Shown here piece by piece: positions 28,119 through 40,997 of a DNA stretch of 64,000 nt. The stretch is taken from positions 1,103,415 through 1,167,414 of the forward strand of contig CAJINV010000009.1 in assembly GCA_905178155.1 (NCBI GenBank). The letters run 5' to 3'. Made by a program: the position numbers and the translations under genes. Below the pieces are notes generated by a model that worked only from the letters and a program-made list of their open reading frames with translations, did not search any database and was not told where the DNA came from. This DNA is from Amoebophrya sp. A120 (taxonomy: Eukaryota > Protista > Dinoflagellata). Position 1 is the stretch's first letter. Each line of letters starts with the position of its first letter.

Positions 28119-31100
28119 CTACTCCTGCGCAATAATCCACTTCATGTTCATGCTCAGATCGACGATGGATTCCCGGGCGCCCGTGCCTCTCCCAGTAGCG
28201 GAGGCGAAGTTGTGGTGCTGGGATCGCAGTAAATGATAGCGATCACCTATCACAGACCACACAGCAGGTGAAGACGGAAATTCAATTTATTGCATACTTC
28301 CATCTACCACAACGATTCCCTCCCTGCAAATATCAATCTTCAAACTCGCCCTCAGTTCCCGAACTTGCGGGGACTTCGATTTTCCAAAGCTTGTCACCTA
28401 GCAGAGACTCGTCCTCGTCGAAGAAGTTCCCAATATCCGAGTCATCGTCCGCATAGTTTTCAGTACTACTTCTTCTCCGCCGCCGTACTACATTCCCGTC
28501 GTCGTCCAGGATCTCCTCTTCTTCACTGCTGCCCTGAAGCAAGAACTCCGGGTCGCCAATCTCGGGCGCCAGGCGCGGAAGCCAGTCGCGTTCCTCGATC
28601 TTCTCTAGGACCTCGGACTGCTCTTCCCCGCAGAATAGCAAGTGCTCACACACCTGGTCGGGCCGGTTCAGATCCCCGGAGGCCTTGCGAATCTCGCCCA
28701 CGAAAATCGGCGTCTTAGGTTATCCATGGGAAAATACAGTGGGTCATCCCGAACACGAAAAACAAAAAACCGAAGATATGAAATATGTATTCATAACCAA
28801 CGGATGCAAAGACATGAAACAACATCTGCAACATCAGGACGTCTTTCTATCTTCTGCCTCCCGCGAGAGTAAGTTGCTGCAAGACTCTGATTTAGGTTTG
28901 TCGTGCCGGACTACAACCTTTTGCTTTCGAGGATACATCTAGAAATATCTCCATGATGCGACATCCGCGGTTGGCGTGTAGTCGCGACCTGCGTGTTGCG
29001 GTGGAGGTGGCATCATCTTCAAACGAAAACTCTAAAATCAAATCTCCGGCAACAGTTGAAGGCATACTTGAAATCAGATCACTCACTTCAATCAAAACAC
29101 CAGAGGTCATGCCAAAAAACATCACGAAGAGATGAAGGAGAAGCAGTTTTGTATGTACTTGTTGTAATTCCAGATGCGGATCATGCTGACGCATTTCTCC
29201 TCCAGAAGGTCCACCATCACGGTGTGGGGCTTGCCGCAGCGAAAGGGCGCCAGCCAGACGTGAAAGTCGTCCCGCGTCAAATTCACCTGGTCGAAGAGTT
29301 TGTCGGGCGTCCGGGGGTCCAGCACTTGTCCACTGTTCGGCCCGTGCAACACGTTCACACTGTCGGGCTCCGCACTTACCTGATTTTCCACGTCCGGGAG
29401 GACCACGAGCTCGCCCTTATCATCAAAGATCTCGATTCCAGCCAGCCCCACAAAGTCCGGATCGCCCCAGGTGGATGCGCAGTTGAAGACCAAGAGTTTT
29501 CCCCGAGGCAACGTCGGCATCACAAGGGGGATCGCGGGTCGAGGATTCATAGCCGTTGTTGTATTTTGCGCAGTACTAGTGACCCCCGGGCTGCTTTCTA
29601 CTACTTCTGCCTCCGAGTTCGGCGCGGTATCTGTGTAGTACTCCGGCGGCAGCAGGGAAGCACCGACACAGTTGTGGTCGATGGCCGAACCGTCGTAGTA
29701 GCTCCCTGCCACAGCGGAGTCATTGGCCAAGTAGTAGTCCGCCATGGCGTTCGGCGGGGAGGGGAGAATGCCCGGCTCTCCGCACTTCTCGGCCTCAACA
29801 CGCAAATGCTTGAAGTCCTCGTCCTCGCTGCTGCTAGACGCGCTGCTCTTCGGTACGCCTGCCCGCTGCAGCGCAGCAGCTGGCAATGCGCCACCTGCTC
29901 CTTGCTGGAGCTGCTCGCGTCGAGAGGGCCGAGCGTCGGGTACGACAAGCGGGGGGTTGCCTTCGCTGAAATTAGTGCCTGTGTTTGAGGCGTTTGCGGC
30001 AAACGAGGGATCGTAGAGCAAAGCTTCGTGATCGTCCACCGTGGGCATGGAATTACCAGTTCCTTCTTCATTCTCCGCTTCGTTCTCAATTTCGTCGAAC
30101 CCAAAGTCGTATGCTGCTCTTTTGTTTCCGTCCCCACCACCCGCTCCCCGCAACGGCTCGAAAAACTTCCGACTTGCGGACTTCTCCAAAGCGTCAAAGC
30201 TCGCAAGCATGGACTGCTGGTGGCGATTTTGGGTCTTCTTATTCGAAGCTACCGGCGAGGAAGTTGTGCTGCGAGAAGGGGCAGCCGCAGAGATGGAGAG
30301 GGTGTTGGCATTCGATCGATGCTTCTTCTGCTGTTCCTTGTCAAGAAGTTTGTCTTCCTGTTGCCGTGCGGAGGTTGCGGGAGTGGCCCGTGATACGCCC
30401 TCGATCAGCATCGGCACGGGCTGCTCGGTCTCGTAGACAGTCGCGTCACTCGAATTCGGGTCACTAGAGACGAGGTGGTCGCTTTTTTTATTAACTTCAG
30501 GTTGAATGTGCTGGTGCACTGCCAGACTGTACACCTGCTCTCCACTCGCAGCGGGTATGCCGCGGACGCGCGCGTGCAAGACATCACCCTCGGCAGTGAG
30601 CAGATTCCCGCCGGTTGCCCCGCTGAATTGCTCAGTGACGATCGTGGCAGAGACGTCCGCGTCGCACAGCGCTAGAATCGCAGAACTGCTATTTTCCAGC
30701 GCGATGCAATACGAGTCGTCGGAAGTAGAAGTGTGGCCATTTGATGTCGTGGCTTCAGGAAGGTCTGCTTCGAATCGGAGAACGAAGCTCCCAGTTGCTG
30801 CAGCGGTCTTTCCACTCCAAGATGACAGTAGCGTTGTGCTAGCCGTCTTCGAAGTTGTTCTCCTCCTGAACAGCCTATGCAGTGTCTTTCCACCTTCCGT
30901 CAATCCGGTCGCCTGGATGGTTTGCGGCCGGACACGACACACCTTCCTCTTCTCGTCGCTGCTAGTACAACGACCCCCACTGCTGGTGCGATAAACTTTC
31001 ACCCCTTTCAGCTCGCATGCGTAGCCGGATTGGCTGTGGTTGCACAAGACTGCAAGTTTGACCTGCAGTCTTCGCTTCGAACCCACACTGTCGGGCTCGT

Positions 31101-33444
31101 CCTCTTCATCGTCAGAATTTTTCGTTTTCAGCTTCTCGCCCTCCTCCGCCATGTCGTTTTTCTCCTCGTCATTCGCCCCGACCCCGCCACCGTGCGTCCG
31201 GCCTCCGGGATTCGCACCGTCCTCCGGGCCAATCGTGCCCGATCCGGAACTTCCGTTCTGCTCCCTTCCGTAGCTCCCGTCATCCGCTGCTATCGGCACT
31301 ACGGCATCCGGCTCCGCGTTCTTGCTACCCCCAACACGGCTCAGACACGATCCGTACTCGGTCGATCCCGGAGGTTCTGCACTGTTTTCGTCGTCCCCGT
31401 TTTGTTCATGCGGAACAACTTGGTCGTCTTTCGGCTTCATCTCATCATCTCCAGCACGATTCCAAGTCCACTTCTGCTCGACGACTTCTTGATTGTTTTC
31501 CTGCATAATCCGCGGCAGGTCCCACCAGTGGTCGAGAAGCTGCTCCAGCGCACGTTGCTTTTCCTCATCCAATTCTTGAATGCGCTGAATCAGACTGTCC
31601 GTCTGTTGACTGCTGGTCGACCAAGTGCGCATCCGCGGGGTTTCCTGACAGTCGTGTTCTCCCGCGGAGAGTCCTGGAGCATGTTGTTTCTCGTCGTTTA
31701 CGTCGTTGGGATGACCTCCTGTGAGTTGACAATCACCACTGGGAACCGGGACGACGGGAACCGGGAAATAATGATCTCCTGCATTTGTACGAACTGCGAC
31801 AGTCGATCCGGAACTTGTGTTCGCGTCGCAGCTCGTCGAGACGATCTCCGTGTACTCCACGTGCACTTGGCTCATTCGGCTCCGTGGGCGCGAGCTCACT
31901 GCGGAAGGTGGCCGGAACCTCTCGGCCGTCCGGTCGTCGATCGGTAAGCGCGGTTCGGTCGTTTGCAGACACTTCTGGCCTGCACGACTCGTAGATGACA
32001 CGACCGGCACAGCAACCTTGTTCATCTCTGGGGGCTCAACTTGCACATCCACACTTGTTCTCCTACTGGCGACCGCGGACGGGGGCCGCAGGGCTTCTGC
32101 AGCTGAGGCACTGACGGGCAGTCGCGATTGCGTCACTTCGCCGTGGACCGAGCGCTTGCGCTCTTGCGCCATGGCAGCCTGGTTTTCCGCGGCCATGGCC
32201 GCAGCAATCGCAGAGAAATTTGTGTCTTTTGGTTCTACGTCCTTGGTTTGTTCCGCTTGGTCGTTTGCGTGCTGTCCAGCACCAACGGCGCTAGATTCTT
32301 GAATGATGCCTCCCTTTCGCGCACTGCATCCAGCTCCCGTGGAAGGAAGGAACTCAAAGGAGTTCCCCATCAGCACCTGTTCGTCGTCCGTCTCGTCCGC
32401 ACCGGCCCGGCCGCCGTAATACGGCTTCCGCGTGCTGTCTCTTCTCAAGTCGTCCAGGCCGAAGTCCTCCTCTTCTCGAGCGATGGCTCTCTTGTCCACG
32501 GTCGTCGGAGAGGGTACGGATCCGGCTGCCCCCTGGGGCTGGTGTCCCCCAATAGTCGGTAAGTTCGACCTCGACAAGCGCAGACTGGCACGCACCTTTT
32601 CCAGCGCTTCCGTCGGTGCGGTTTCCAGCATTGTTAACACGTTGACGACGTCATCCGATACCGCTTTTTCGTGCTGTGTTCGTCCCCCGGACGTTGGGGA
32701 CATTGACATCTTTGCTTCGTTTGGGGACGATTCTTGCCCAAGTTCTTCGTCGTAGTCCTCTTCGTCCGGCACAATAGGAAGGTGAAGAACGTGGTGAGCG
32801 CTATTGCTAGTACTTCTGTAGTGCCCGTCTTGTGTAGTTTCCGGATCAACCGAAACTTGTTCTCCAAACGGCGATAACTTGATCAGCCTGCCGTCCTCCG
32901 CGCGCAGCTCGACTGTTTCCTTTTTCCAGGACTTCGGCGCCGTAGCCGTTTTTGCTTGCTGCTGTGGGATTATACTATTTGCGTTCATCTGTGGTGTCGT
33001 TGACGCGACAAAATTTGGGACAAAGTGCCTGGCGGTGCTGGAGCTACTGGCTGCGGCACTCGCGCCGGTAATCACGGATTGCGGATGGTGCGGTGCTACG
33101 GATTGACTTGCGGGACCGAGAAGCGCACTCTGCCCCACAACGCCAAAGGCACGATTGGGCCTCGTGCGGTTATGCTGCATCTGGATTTGCTTGTTGCGAT
33201 GCAGCAACCTCTCCTCGTTGGCCCCGTTGATGTGCGTCTGGAATCCCTGTTCGCGCTTTCGCACGAGCTCTTCCTTCCGCTTCCGGCGCTCAAGGGAGAG
33301 CTGGATTTTCTGGCGCTCCGCGACGAGTTTCCCAAAGAGAAAGTCGTCGCCCGGTGAGACGGGTGGGCCATCGTGGCCTGTGCCCAACTCCGGGTGCATC
33401 GGAAGATGTACTGCGGCGGTGGAGTTACACGCGTCCGTTGTCAT
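28119..33444 (-). CDS. KATNIP/KIAA0556-like protein with a C-terminal DUF4457 domain
   Basis: Motif LPRGKLLVFNCASTWGDPDFVGLAGIEIFD...TRDDFHVWLAPF...SMIRIWNYNKSRLHANRGCRIMEIFLD...IFVGEIRKASG. Introns at 28989-29158 and 28714-28936 (GT-AG) and 28247-28349 (GC-AG). Confidence 0.85.
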
Positions 33445-33983
33445 CGCAACGTCGCACAAATGACAAAAATCAAATTAACGCAAGTAGCAGCTGCGGACTC
33501 ACTTGTCAACTGTTCAAAGCTTTCTTATTCTTTCGCGTGTCGTCGCTGGCATTCGTCTCTCGAGATTTTTTTCATACGCATTGACTTTCTTCTAACAAGC
33601 CCGTCCCCCCACCCCAAAAATATCCATCGTACCAGCGAAAAGCAAAAACAATTTAGCCTTTTTTCTCCCTCTTTAGTCAGAAGTTGGGCAACAATTAAGC
33701 TAGAAGGAAATCAAATCATAATCACTCGTGTTTTCACACTGAACACGACGAACACACAGCGCCAACTAAAGGACCAGAGGACCGGTCAGACCAGTAGCGC
33801 CTTCTGAAAATTTTCCTCCTCCCCACACGAGCACAGCCTGTCGGCGATGTCTACAGCCATCGATTCTTTCTTTCCTCCGTAGATTTCCCCTAGGAATACC
33901 ACTTTGCCCACTCAGTCATTCCCGTCGCGTTGCGTAAAGAAGACTTGACAGTAGAGCACAGTTGCCAGCAAAGATCTACTTTG

Positions 33984-36900
33984 TCAACTTGCTTCCTCGG
34001 AAATGGTTGACATGGACCGCTTTTTGAACGGAGAGCGACGGATCTTTTCGAGTTCTTCTGCCAGGGAAGGCTCCAACAAGTCTCCGTGCAGGTTCAGATT
34101 CAGTGCGAGCCTCTCCGGTCGGCGCAGCACAGCCTGTTGAAAGACGTGTTTGAAGAAGTCTGTAGGCAGCAAAATTCTGACCTATGGTCGTGCACTGATT
34201 TGTTCAAACGGACCTGCCAACACTTTTCCTTTGAACGTGGTTCAAATTTGTTCAAGCAAAATGCTCAAGCGTACCTCTTCCTCCCCGCCACGCAAAACTC
34301 CGCCCAGCTCCGTCTGCCACTTCTTGAATTATCAACTGTAAAAGTGTCTGGGTCTGGAAGAATGCAAGTTTGTCATGCTTGCCTGGCATGACTCGAGAAT
34401 CTGTGTTGCATAGGCACGAAAAAGCCCTCTTACCTGTCATGCAAAAAAGCAGTTTGCCATGCGAAATGCGTAAGACATGGCAGTCAAAAAATTTGTCATG
34501 CATAGCTGCGTATTGCAGTGCGTCTATCATTCATTTTTAGCATTACAAGTTTCCAGACCCAGACATTTTTGCATTTGATATGAATTCTTCGTCGGCAAGC
34601 TTGTCCATTTCGGATTCTTCCTGTTCCAAAATGGTGTCCAGAGTCAAAAACTCCTCCCTTTTTTGCGCTATCATGTGGAAAAGTTTCCTTGGGCATGGTC
34701 CGCATCAGAACAGCTCGCTCCGAAGTTATTCATCATCATCATCATGAGTTGCAGATAATTAAGTATGTACAGCAGATTTTGCCAACAAATTGGCTCTGTC
34801 TTCATTATCTGCAACGAGAAAGCGAAAAACAGCACGCTGCGTCACTTCACGACGATTCTAGTTTATGCAAGTATACGCCCCTTTGCAGATGGCCTCAAGC
34901 ACCGACCTCCGCTGAAGATGAAGAAACCTTTCCGTGTGATAAGCGCTTCTATTTCTTCCTGAACCTTTTCGCCGTGCAGCATCTCCTCCCGCTTTATGCA
35001 GTCTTCGTGCTTTTGAATGGCTCGGGTGAACTTTTCCAGCTGCGCTTTGCTCTCGTCCAGTAGCTTACTGGCGCCCTGCTGAAACTGCTCGACCAGCTGT
35101 AACTGCTCCTGCTCCCAGTTCAGCAGCTCAGGCTCCTTGAAGAACCGGCGCTTGTTCGTGCCCGTGTGGTGAGAAAGCTTCTCGACCGCAGTGGACTTGT
35201 CGTGCGCTTCGAGCAACTGCAGCTGCTTGTTGTTGGTTTGCAGGATCAAACTCTTCTTTTTCAGGGTATTCTCGAGATCATCCGCTGTTTTGATGTTCAC
35301 ATGTTGTCGTGTATTCACTGTCGTGGCAGCATTTTGATCCTCGGCGTTTGCCGTTCCCTCAGTATCCGCGTCAGGCTGGTTGTCCCAATCTGCTTGATCG
35401 GCCGCGGCGCCGTCAACCAAAACATCTTCCAGCTTCAGCAGAAATTCCGCGTCCAGCTCGTGGCTCATGCCTTGCCGTGCTTTGCTCGGACTCTTGTTCG
35501 CACCATTTCCAGTTGTTGCGTTCTTCCACGCGATCGGCACCGGCTCGTCGTTCAGAAACGCCAGACACTTAAATTTGCTGCCTTGCTTTATCACCTCGAG
35601 GAATTCAGGCTCCTCGGCGTCTTTCTCCTGTTCTTTTCTGATTTCCCCTGTCTCCTGTAGCTGCTCAGATGGATGATCATCTCCATCGACTGGTTCTGCT
35701 GGATCACTGGTTGCTGCGTTCTTCAACTCAGGCTCCGTGCCCGTGGTCTTCTGATCTGCATTTCTTGGGTCATCTTCGCCTTCCCGCTGCTGTTCTGCTC
35801 TTTCAGCTTCATCTTTCACCACATTCATATGCAATTCCGCCAGGGTTTCCCCGAAGTTCTCCGCGATCTGCGACACGACCTTCGCTGTCGGCCCGACCAG
35901 CGGGTTTCCCGCCAAGTCCAGCGCCTCTAGACCCGTGAACACTTGAGTATTACAGGTGCCAGAAAGCTCGTTCGCGGAAGATCTTGCAGTGTCAGCAAAA
36001 CGACCGTCGTCACTTTGTTCGGGAAAAAGCGCACGAATCCCGTTGTTGTTCAGAAACAGTTCGCGCAGCTCTGGCAACGTCGCCTGGTTGTGCGTCGCTC
36101 CTGCTTGTTCCGATGGCGGCGGCGGTTTCTTGGACGATTGAGGATCTGCTGACGAGGACGAGGACGTCGCACTCCCAGACGAGGGACTTGTGGAAAGCGA
36201 AGTGATTCTGTTCTGCACCAGACTCAACGTCATCAGGCGTGGCATGGTCGGGACCCGGACTGGCTCGTTGCTCAGGCTATTTGTGTTGACAGAACTTGTT
36301 TTATTCGCCCCTTTGCTGAAACTCTGCGCACCCAGCGATCCTTGGGTCAAGTCGACGGGTCTCCCGGTTCCACTTGTTCTGTTCATGATCTCCGCAGAAT
36401 TTGTACCAGTACTATTTCCTGTGAGTACCACTCCTAGCTCCCCCGGGGTTTTCTTGGTGAACAAGAAGCTCAGGTTGTCGATCTGGTTGAAGTCCAACTC
36501 CAGTTCCTTCAGCGCCGACAAGTTCCCTAGTGCCTTGTGCAGCGGCACAAAGGTCTTACTCAAGGCCAGTTCGCTGATGGAGGGCCGCTGCAGTGTAGTG
36601 GATTCTGATGCGCGCGACGAGAAGGACACCGCAGCGCTGGAACTGTGTGACGAAGACCGCCCACTGCGTGCGGTCGACAGCGGCGTAGGACACACTGACG
36701 AAGCTACGGACTCGCCCTGATCCTCTCCTCGAGATCCAGCACTCGAGAGCAGAATTGAGCCGATTCTGTTGTGGTTCAGACACAGCACTTCCAACTTCGG
36801 GAGCCACTGCAGACTGGTTGACAAGTTCGCGATACGATTGTGCGACAGGTGCAACTCTTTCAGGCTGGGCGGAAAGACGGACCTGGCTCTGTTCCCTCCC

Positions 36901-38129
36901 TGTCGGCCCGTAGCCGCGTTGTAGCCTGCTCTTGATGTTCTGCTGGATTTGCCAAAACTGCTCCCTGTGCTCTCCTGCTGCGCTAGCAGCTGCTCTCCTG
37001 CTTCGCTGACCGTATCTAGTTGTGAGAGCTGCAGTTTCTGGCCCTTTCGCGTGAAAGAAGAAAGCAAGTTGACGCTACCAGCAGCGGACGAGAAAACTGA
37101 TGAAACACCGGAACCGGGTCGACTGCCTACAAGTCGGCTAGACGAGGCAGACACCGGGGTTTGCGCCGCGCTGCTCGCATTGCTCGGCGGTAGGGAGCTT
37201 TGCGCAGCCCCGTTGAATGCAGTTGCGCCAGAAGCAGCTCCGATATTCGCAGTCGCTGGTGTCGCGAGCAACCCCTTGGTGTCGATTTTGTTTTTGTCCA
37301 GGTTTAAAAATGTGAGCGACTTCAGGTTTTCGAGGTTTTGAACTTTCGCAATTTTGTTGTACTGCAGTTCCAGTCGCTCGAGAAACTGAAAGTGTTCCAG
37401 GTTTTCCATTTTCTCGATCTCGCAGGAATGCAGGGAGAGTTCCCGCAGTTGCACCAGTGGCTCCAGGTTCTCGATTTTACGCAGGTTGTTGCCGGACAAA
37501 TCCAATTTCCGCAAATTTTTCACGACGAGCTGATACTCGCGAATCTGCTCCACAGGGACCACGGGTACGATCGCTTGCTCCGTCGTTGCTTCCTCCTCTT
37601 TGTAGAAAAGCGGATCGACACTGTCGAGAAAGCTGAACGTTAATTCACACGCCGACTTGTCTTGCGAAAGGTTCGATTGCAAAAGCTTCGAGGTGAGCGC
37701 TATTTTTATCGCCTCCGGCTTTTCTTGGTTTTTCCTTCCGTTGCCAACCTCGGTAATTTCCTTTTCTTCCTCGGTGGAAAAGGTGCCGTCCTCCTTTTTC
37801 GCATCTTCGATGGCAATCCGAAACTCATCGCGAATCTGCTTCAGAGGCGACAACGCACCAGAGGTGTCGTCTAGGTCGGTCACTCTCGAAGTTGTGGTCG
37901 CGGTTCCCAATTGGCGTTGCGGAGATTTCGACCGGTTGGCTGGGCGCGTTCCTTGTCGCGCCGGTGATGCCGATCGGAGATGCTCTGCTGCATGGCTCGC
38001 AACACCGGGAGCCGTCTCTGCCACACCGGAAGTTTTTATATGCAGTGCGCTGGCTCCCGACGCGGACTTCTTCGGTGAAAAAGCAGACGCGCGTGGCACG
38101 TAGGCCCATTTCCGTGGCTGTTGCAACAT
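33984..38129 (-). CDS. Leucine-rich-repeat (SDS22-like repeats) protein with a C-terminal coiled coil; exons 38129-34928, 34667-34581, 34324-34275, 34181-33984
   Basis: Repeated LxxLxLxxNxI motifs (LRKLDLSGNNLRKIENLEPLVQLRELSLHSCEIEKMENL...). Two GT-AG introns plus one TIR-bounded non-canonical intron whose precise removal restores the frame. Confidence 0.85.
34330..34580. mobile_element. MITE-like introner acting as a non-canonical intron in the LRR gene; 30-bp TIR, 5-bp TSD TGAAT
   Basis: The left end TATCAACTGTAAAAGTGTCTGGGTCTGGAA (34330-34359) matches the reverse complement of 34551-34580, TATCAAATGCAAAAATGTCTGGGTCTGGAA, at 27/30 positions. TGAAT occurs at 34325-34329 and 34581-34585. 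Confidence 0.92.
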
Positions 38130-38926
38130 TTTTTCTCGGGTTCGCGTAGGAGGTACAATCGGAACGCTGAATAAATATCTCCCTTTGCGTGAGTACACAA
38201 TCACAAAAAAAAAGGCCAACCTTCCGTAATACGCAAGAAACCAAAACCAAAATATTCTTTTCTTTTATCGGTCGCGCCAAACCGGAGCGGCCGATTTCTT
38301 GTTTCCTCACGCACCAATCTCATCCGGAAAAAAAGCACAAATTTGACGAACTTCTCTCTGTAAAATTGCGCAGTTCGCTCACGTTGACAAGATCTCTCCA
38401 AAACGCACAAATACGAAATGGAAACACGAAGACACTAGTGATTTCTTTGATAAAAAGATGCGAAATTTACTATTTTGCGTGAAGGCTACAAAAGGTAGAC
38501 CCTTCGCCGTCTTTTTTTTTTTTGTGTATCATACGTTTCAATTCATTCCAATATTTCACCCGATGTTATCAGTGTCCAACAAAAAGTCCACATGTTCACC
38601 TGGTTACCAAATTGCTTTCACCGTCACAACAACGAGAAGATGGTCAATCTAATTAATGAAACCGCAGTAAAATATTCAACCATGAAAAATTAAATCGTAA
38701 AAATGCCCGGTTCCGTGTGTTTCTGAGCTTTTGCTTTTTGAAAAATATGGTGCCGAAGCACTATGACATGTGGGTGTGCTACTACTTATGTGAAAAATTC
38801 ACCGGATTTCAAAATCTGTCTGTGCGTCGTGTAAAGTTTTTAACAGTGTAATTCTATGCGCAAGCGCAGCTCACTTCCCACCCGAATCAACTCTTCCGTG
38901 CGACATCGTTACCATTGTGCACAATT

Positions 38927-40090
38927 TCACATCTTCTTCGTTGGCGATTGCACGTCTTTCCACTGGAATTTTGCCATGGTCTTGTCACCGACGTCAGCAC
39001 CAGCTGGGCTCGGTGGAATACTCCGCAGCTCTTTCTCCATGCCCTTCAGCCATGTATCTGTTACAATCATTTCACTTTTATTTTGCCATCCGACATTTTC
39101 TAATTCGAATTCCACGTGCGGGTGCGAGGTCACAAAATAAATGCCTGGTTTGACTGCGAGGTGCATTTGTTATTGCAGAGTAAGTCGTATACTCTTAGAT
39201 AGAATCAACATACCTCATTCCTGTTCCAAGTGAAACAAATTGAAACAATCCTTCTATACTTCGAAACATGTGACCCGGGTCTGAGCCCATGCTCATTTTC
39301 CCGCTTGACGCAGAAGTGCTGGCAGACCCACTGGTGCTGGCGGTCATTTTCAGCAGCGACTCGACCTTGTTGTCCGGAATCGGTACCAGGGAGCCCTTCC
39401 ACGTCAGCGGTTTGTTGTCCTGCTTCAAGACGTTCGGTCTCGCCGCGGGGTGAGCGAACGTTTCGACGTTGGCTCGGATGTAGGGCCGGGTGTCACGACG
39501 CTCGTGGTCGTGGAACACATACGCTTGCATGCACAACATGGTGGTCGACGCCGTTTATATGTGCGATGATGATGTACCCAGTGGTCGTGGGAGTGAAGCG
39601 AGACGTCAAAAAATTAGTAACGTTCGAGAAGGGATACTCTCGAATCCTACAAAGATGATGCGTGCTGTGGGTATCACTTGTTGTACTGCTTTCACAATCA
39701 CGTGAACTGTAGATAGGGATTCATCTTTTCTTCAGTTACTTCAGATGCAGCTGCAAAAAAAATAATGAGGGACAGTAAAGGCAACACCTGCGTTCATGCG
39801 AAAGAAAAACAACCGACTCCGTTAGGCACCGAAAAAGAAAATCTAAAAACACAGCTGCAGCAAAAAAATCCATTACCGATTGATTCTCTTGCCTGTCTTA
39901 CGCCAGACAGAAAAGTACCTTCGTCAAAAAATGCGACTCTGTCTACCGAGAAAATTATCTGAATTGATTCTTATTTCATGGTGGAAAGACACAAAAAAAA
40001 TGCGGGTACAACGATTCTATGGATTGCAATTTTTGGATTTGTAGAAACTCATCGCATGAAGATACCGATTAGCTCGAGTTTGTTGCGCAT
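38927..40090 (-). CDS. Hypothetical multi-exon protein (weak C2-like NPYLQFT segment)
   Basis: Short exons MRNKLELI / ESIQIIFSVDRVAFFDE / AASEVTEEKMNPYLQFT / IREYPFSN / RRDTRPYIR...MGSDP / GIYFVTSHPHVEFELENVGW... join through GT-AG introns. Confidence 0.5.
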
Positions 40091-40552
40091 CAACTCAAAA
40101 AAAGGCAACTTAGAAAATTGTACCGACAGGCCGTTCACCACCAAAAAGAACAGGTATTCTACATCGCGTACACACTGCGACAAAAAGGCTCGACTTTCTC
40201 GAGGGCAAACCTGCATTTTTTACTACTCGAACTGGGGAAGATAAAGAGTGCCAAATCTGTCGTGACGCTTCTTCGAAGAAAGTCGATGGGGATTTAAAAA
40301 TTCTTCAAGGGGAAAAAAATGTACAAAATGTTTGGGGAAACTTCTAATTCGTCACTTCTGGCCGGGCTTTTTGCAAAAGAATCTGTTTCGCGTCAAGGAT
40401 ATCGACATCTGCCTAATAACCGGGGATGAATTCTGGTGCAATGCCTTTTAAAAGTGAAAAATGACTGTGAACCTCGTACTTGATTTTTCATACTGATACT
40501 GAATAATGTAGCGAGAGAGTAATGCGTTTTCATAAAAAAACAAGTACTTTAC

Positions 40553-40677
40553 TGTTTGAATAAGTTGAAACCTGAAAAGAAAAAGTTGAACCTTGGTTCT
40601 GCCTGTTTGAATAAGTTGAAACCTATAAAAAAAAAGCTAGCGAGCCTGATACTTCTTGTTTGAATAAGTTAAAACCT
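40553..40677. repeat. Degenerate tandem repeat, three units of ~51-53 bp
   Basis: The core TGTTTGAATAAGTT(G/A)AAACCT occurs at 40553, 40604 and 40657. Confidence 0.85.
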
Positions 40678-40997
40678 GAGGAAGAGATTAGTCGTGGTAA
40701 AGAATTTGTGTGAACGGGATTCAAATTCGATACGGAGGACACGACTGCTTCTGCTGCAATGGGAACACGGCTTACACATCACTTTCTTACAAGGGGGACG
40801 AATTATTGCCTAGAAAACAAACTGGAACCTCTTCGATTTTCTAGGTGGTGGATGTGGGAAACATCGAAATACAATTAGTAACAACGGGGTTGTGGGGATC
40901 GCAAGAATAACGTGGTTGCAAGAGGAGGGCAAAAATTTCAAAAAGTCGCACCGCAGATATTATCAGCAAGACACTTACTCTCGTTTCCAAAACCTGC

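Noticed and set aside
28714-28936. Weak terminal complementarity (TATCC/GGATA) in a KATNIP intron
   Set aside because: Only about 5 bp, and an in-phase GT-AG junction is available.
39503-39702. Apparent non-canonical intron with an AACG direct repeat
   Set aside because: An in-phase GT-AG solution exists (PFSN|RRDTRP), and there is no TIR.
40553-40677. CRISPR-like repeat-spacer pattern
   Set aside because: Eukaryotic context, only three units, spacers resemble each other (A-rich), and there are no cas genes.
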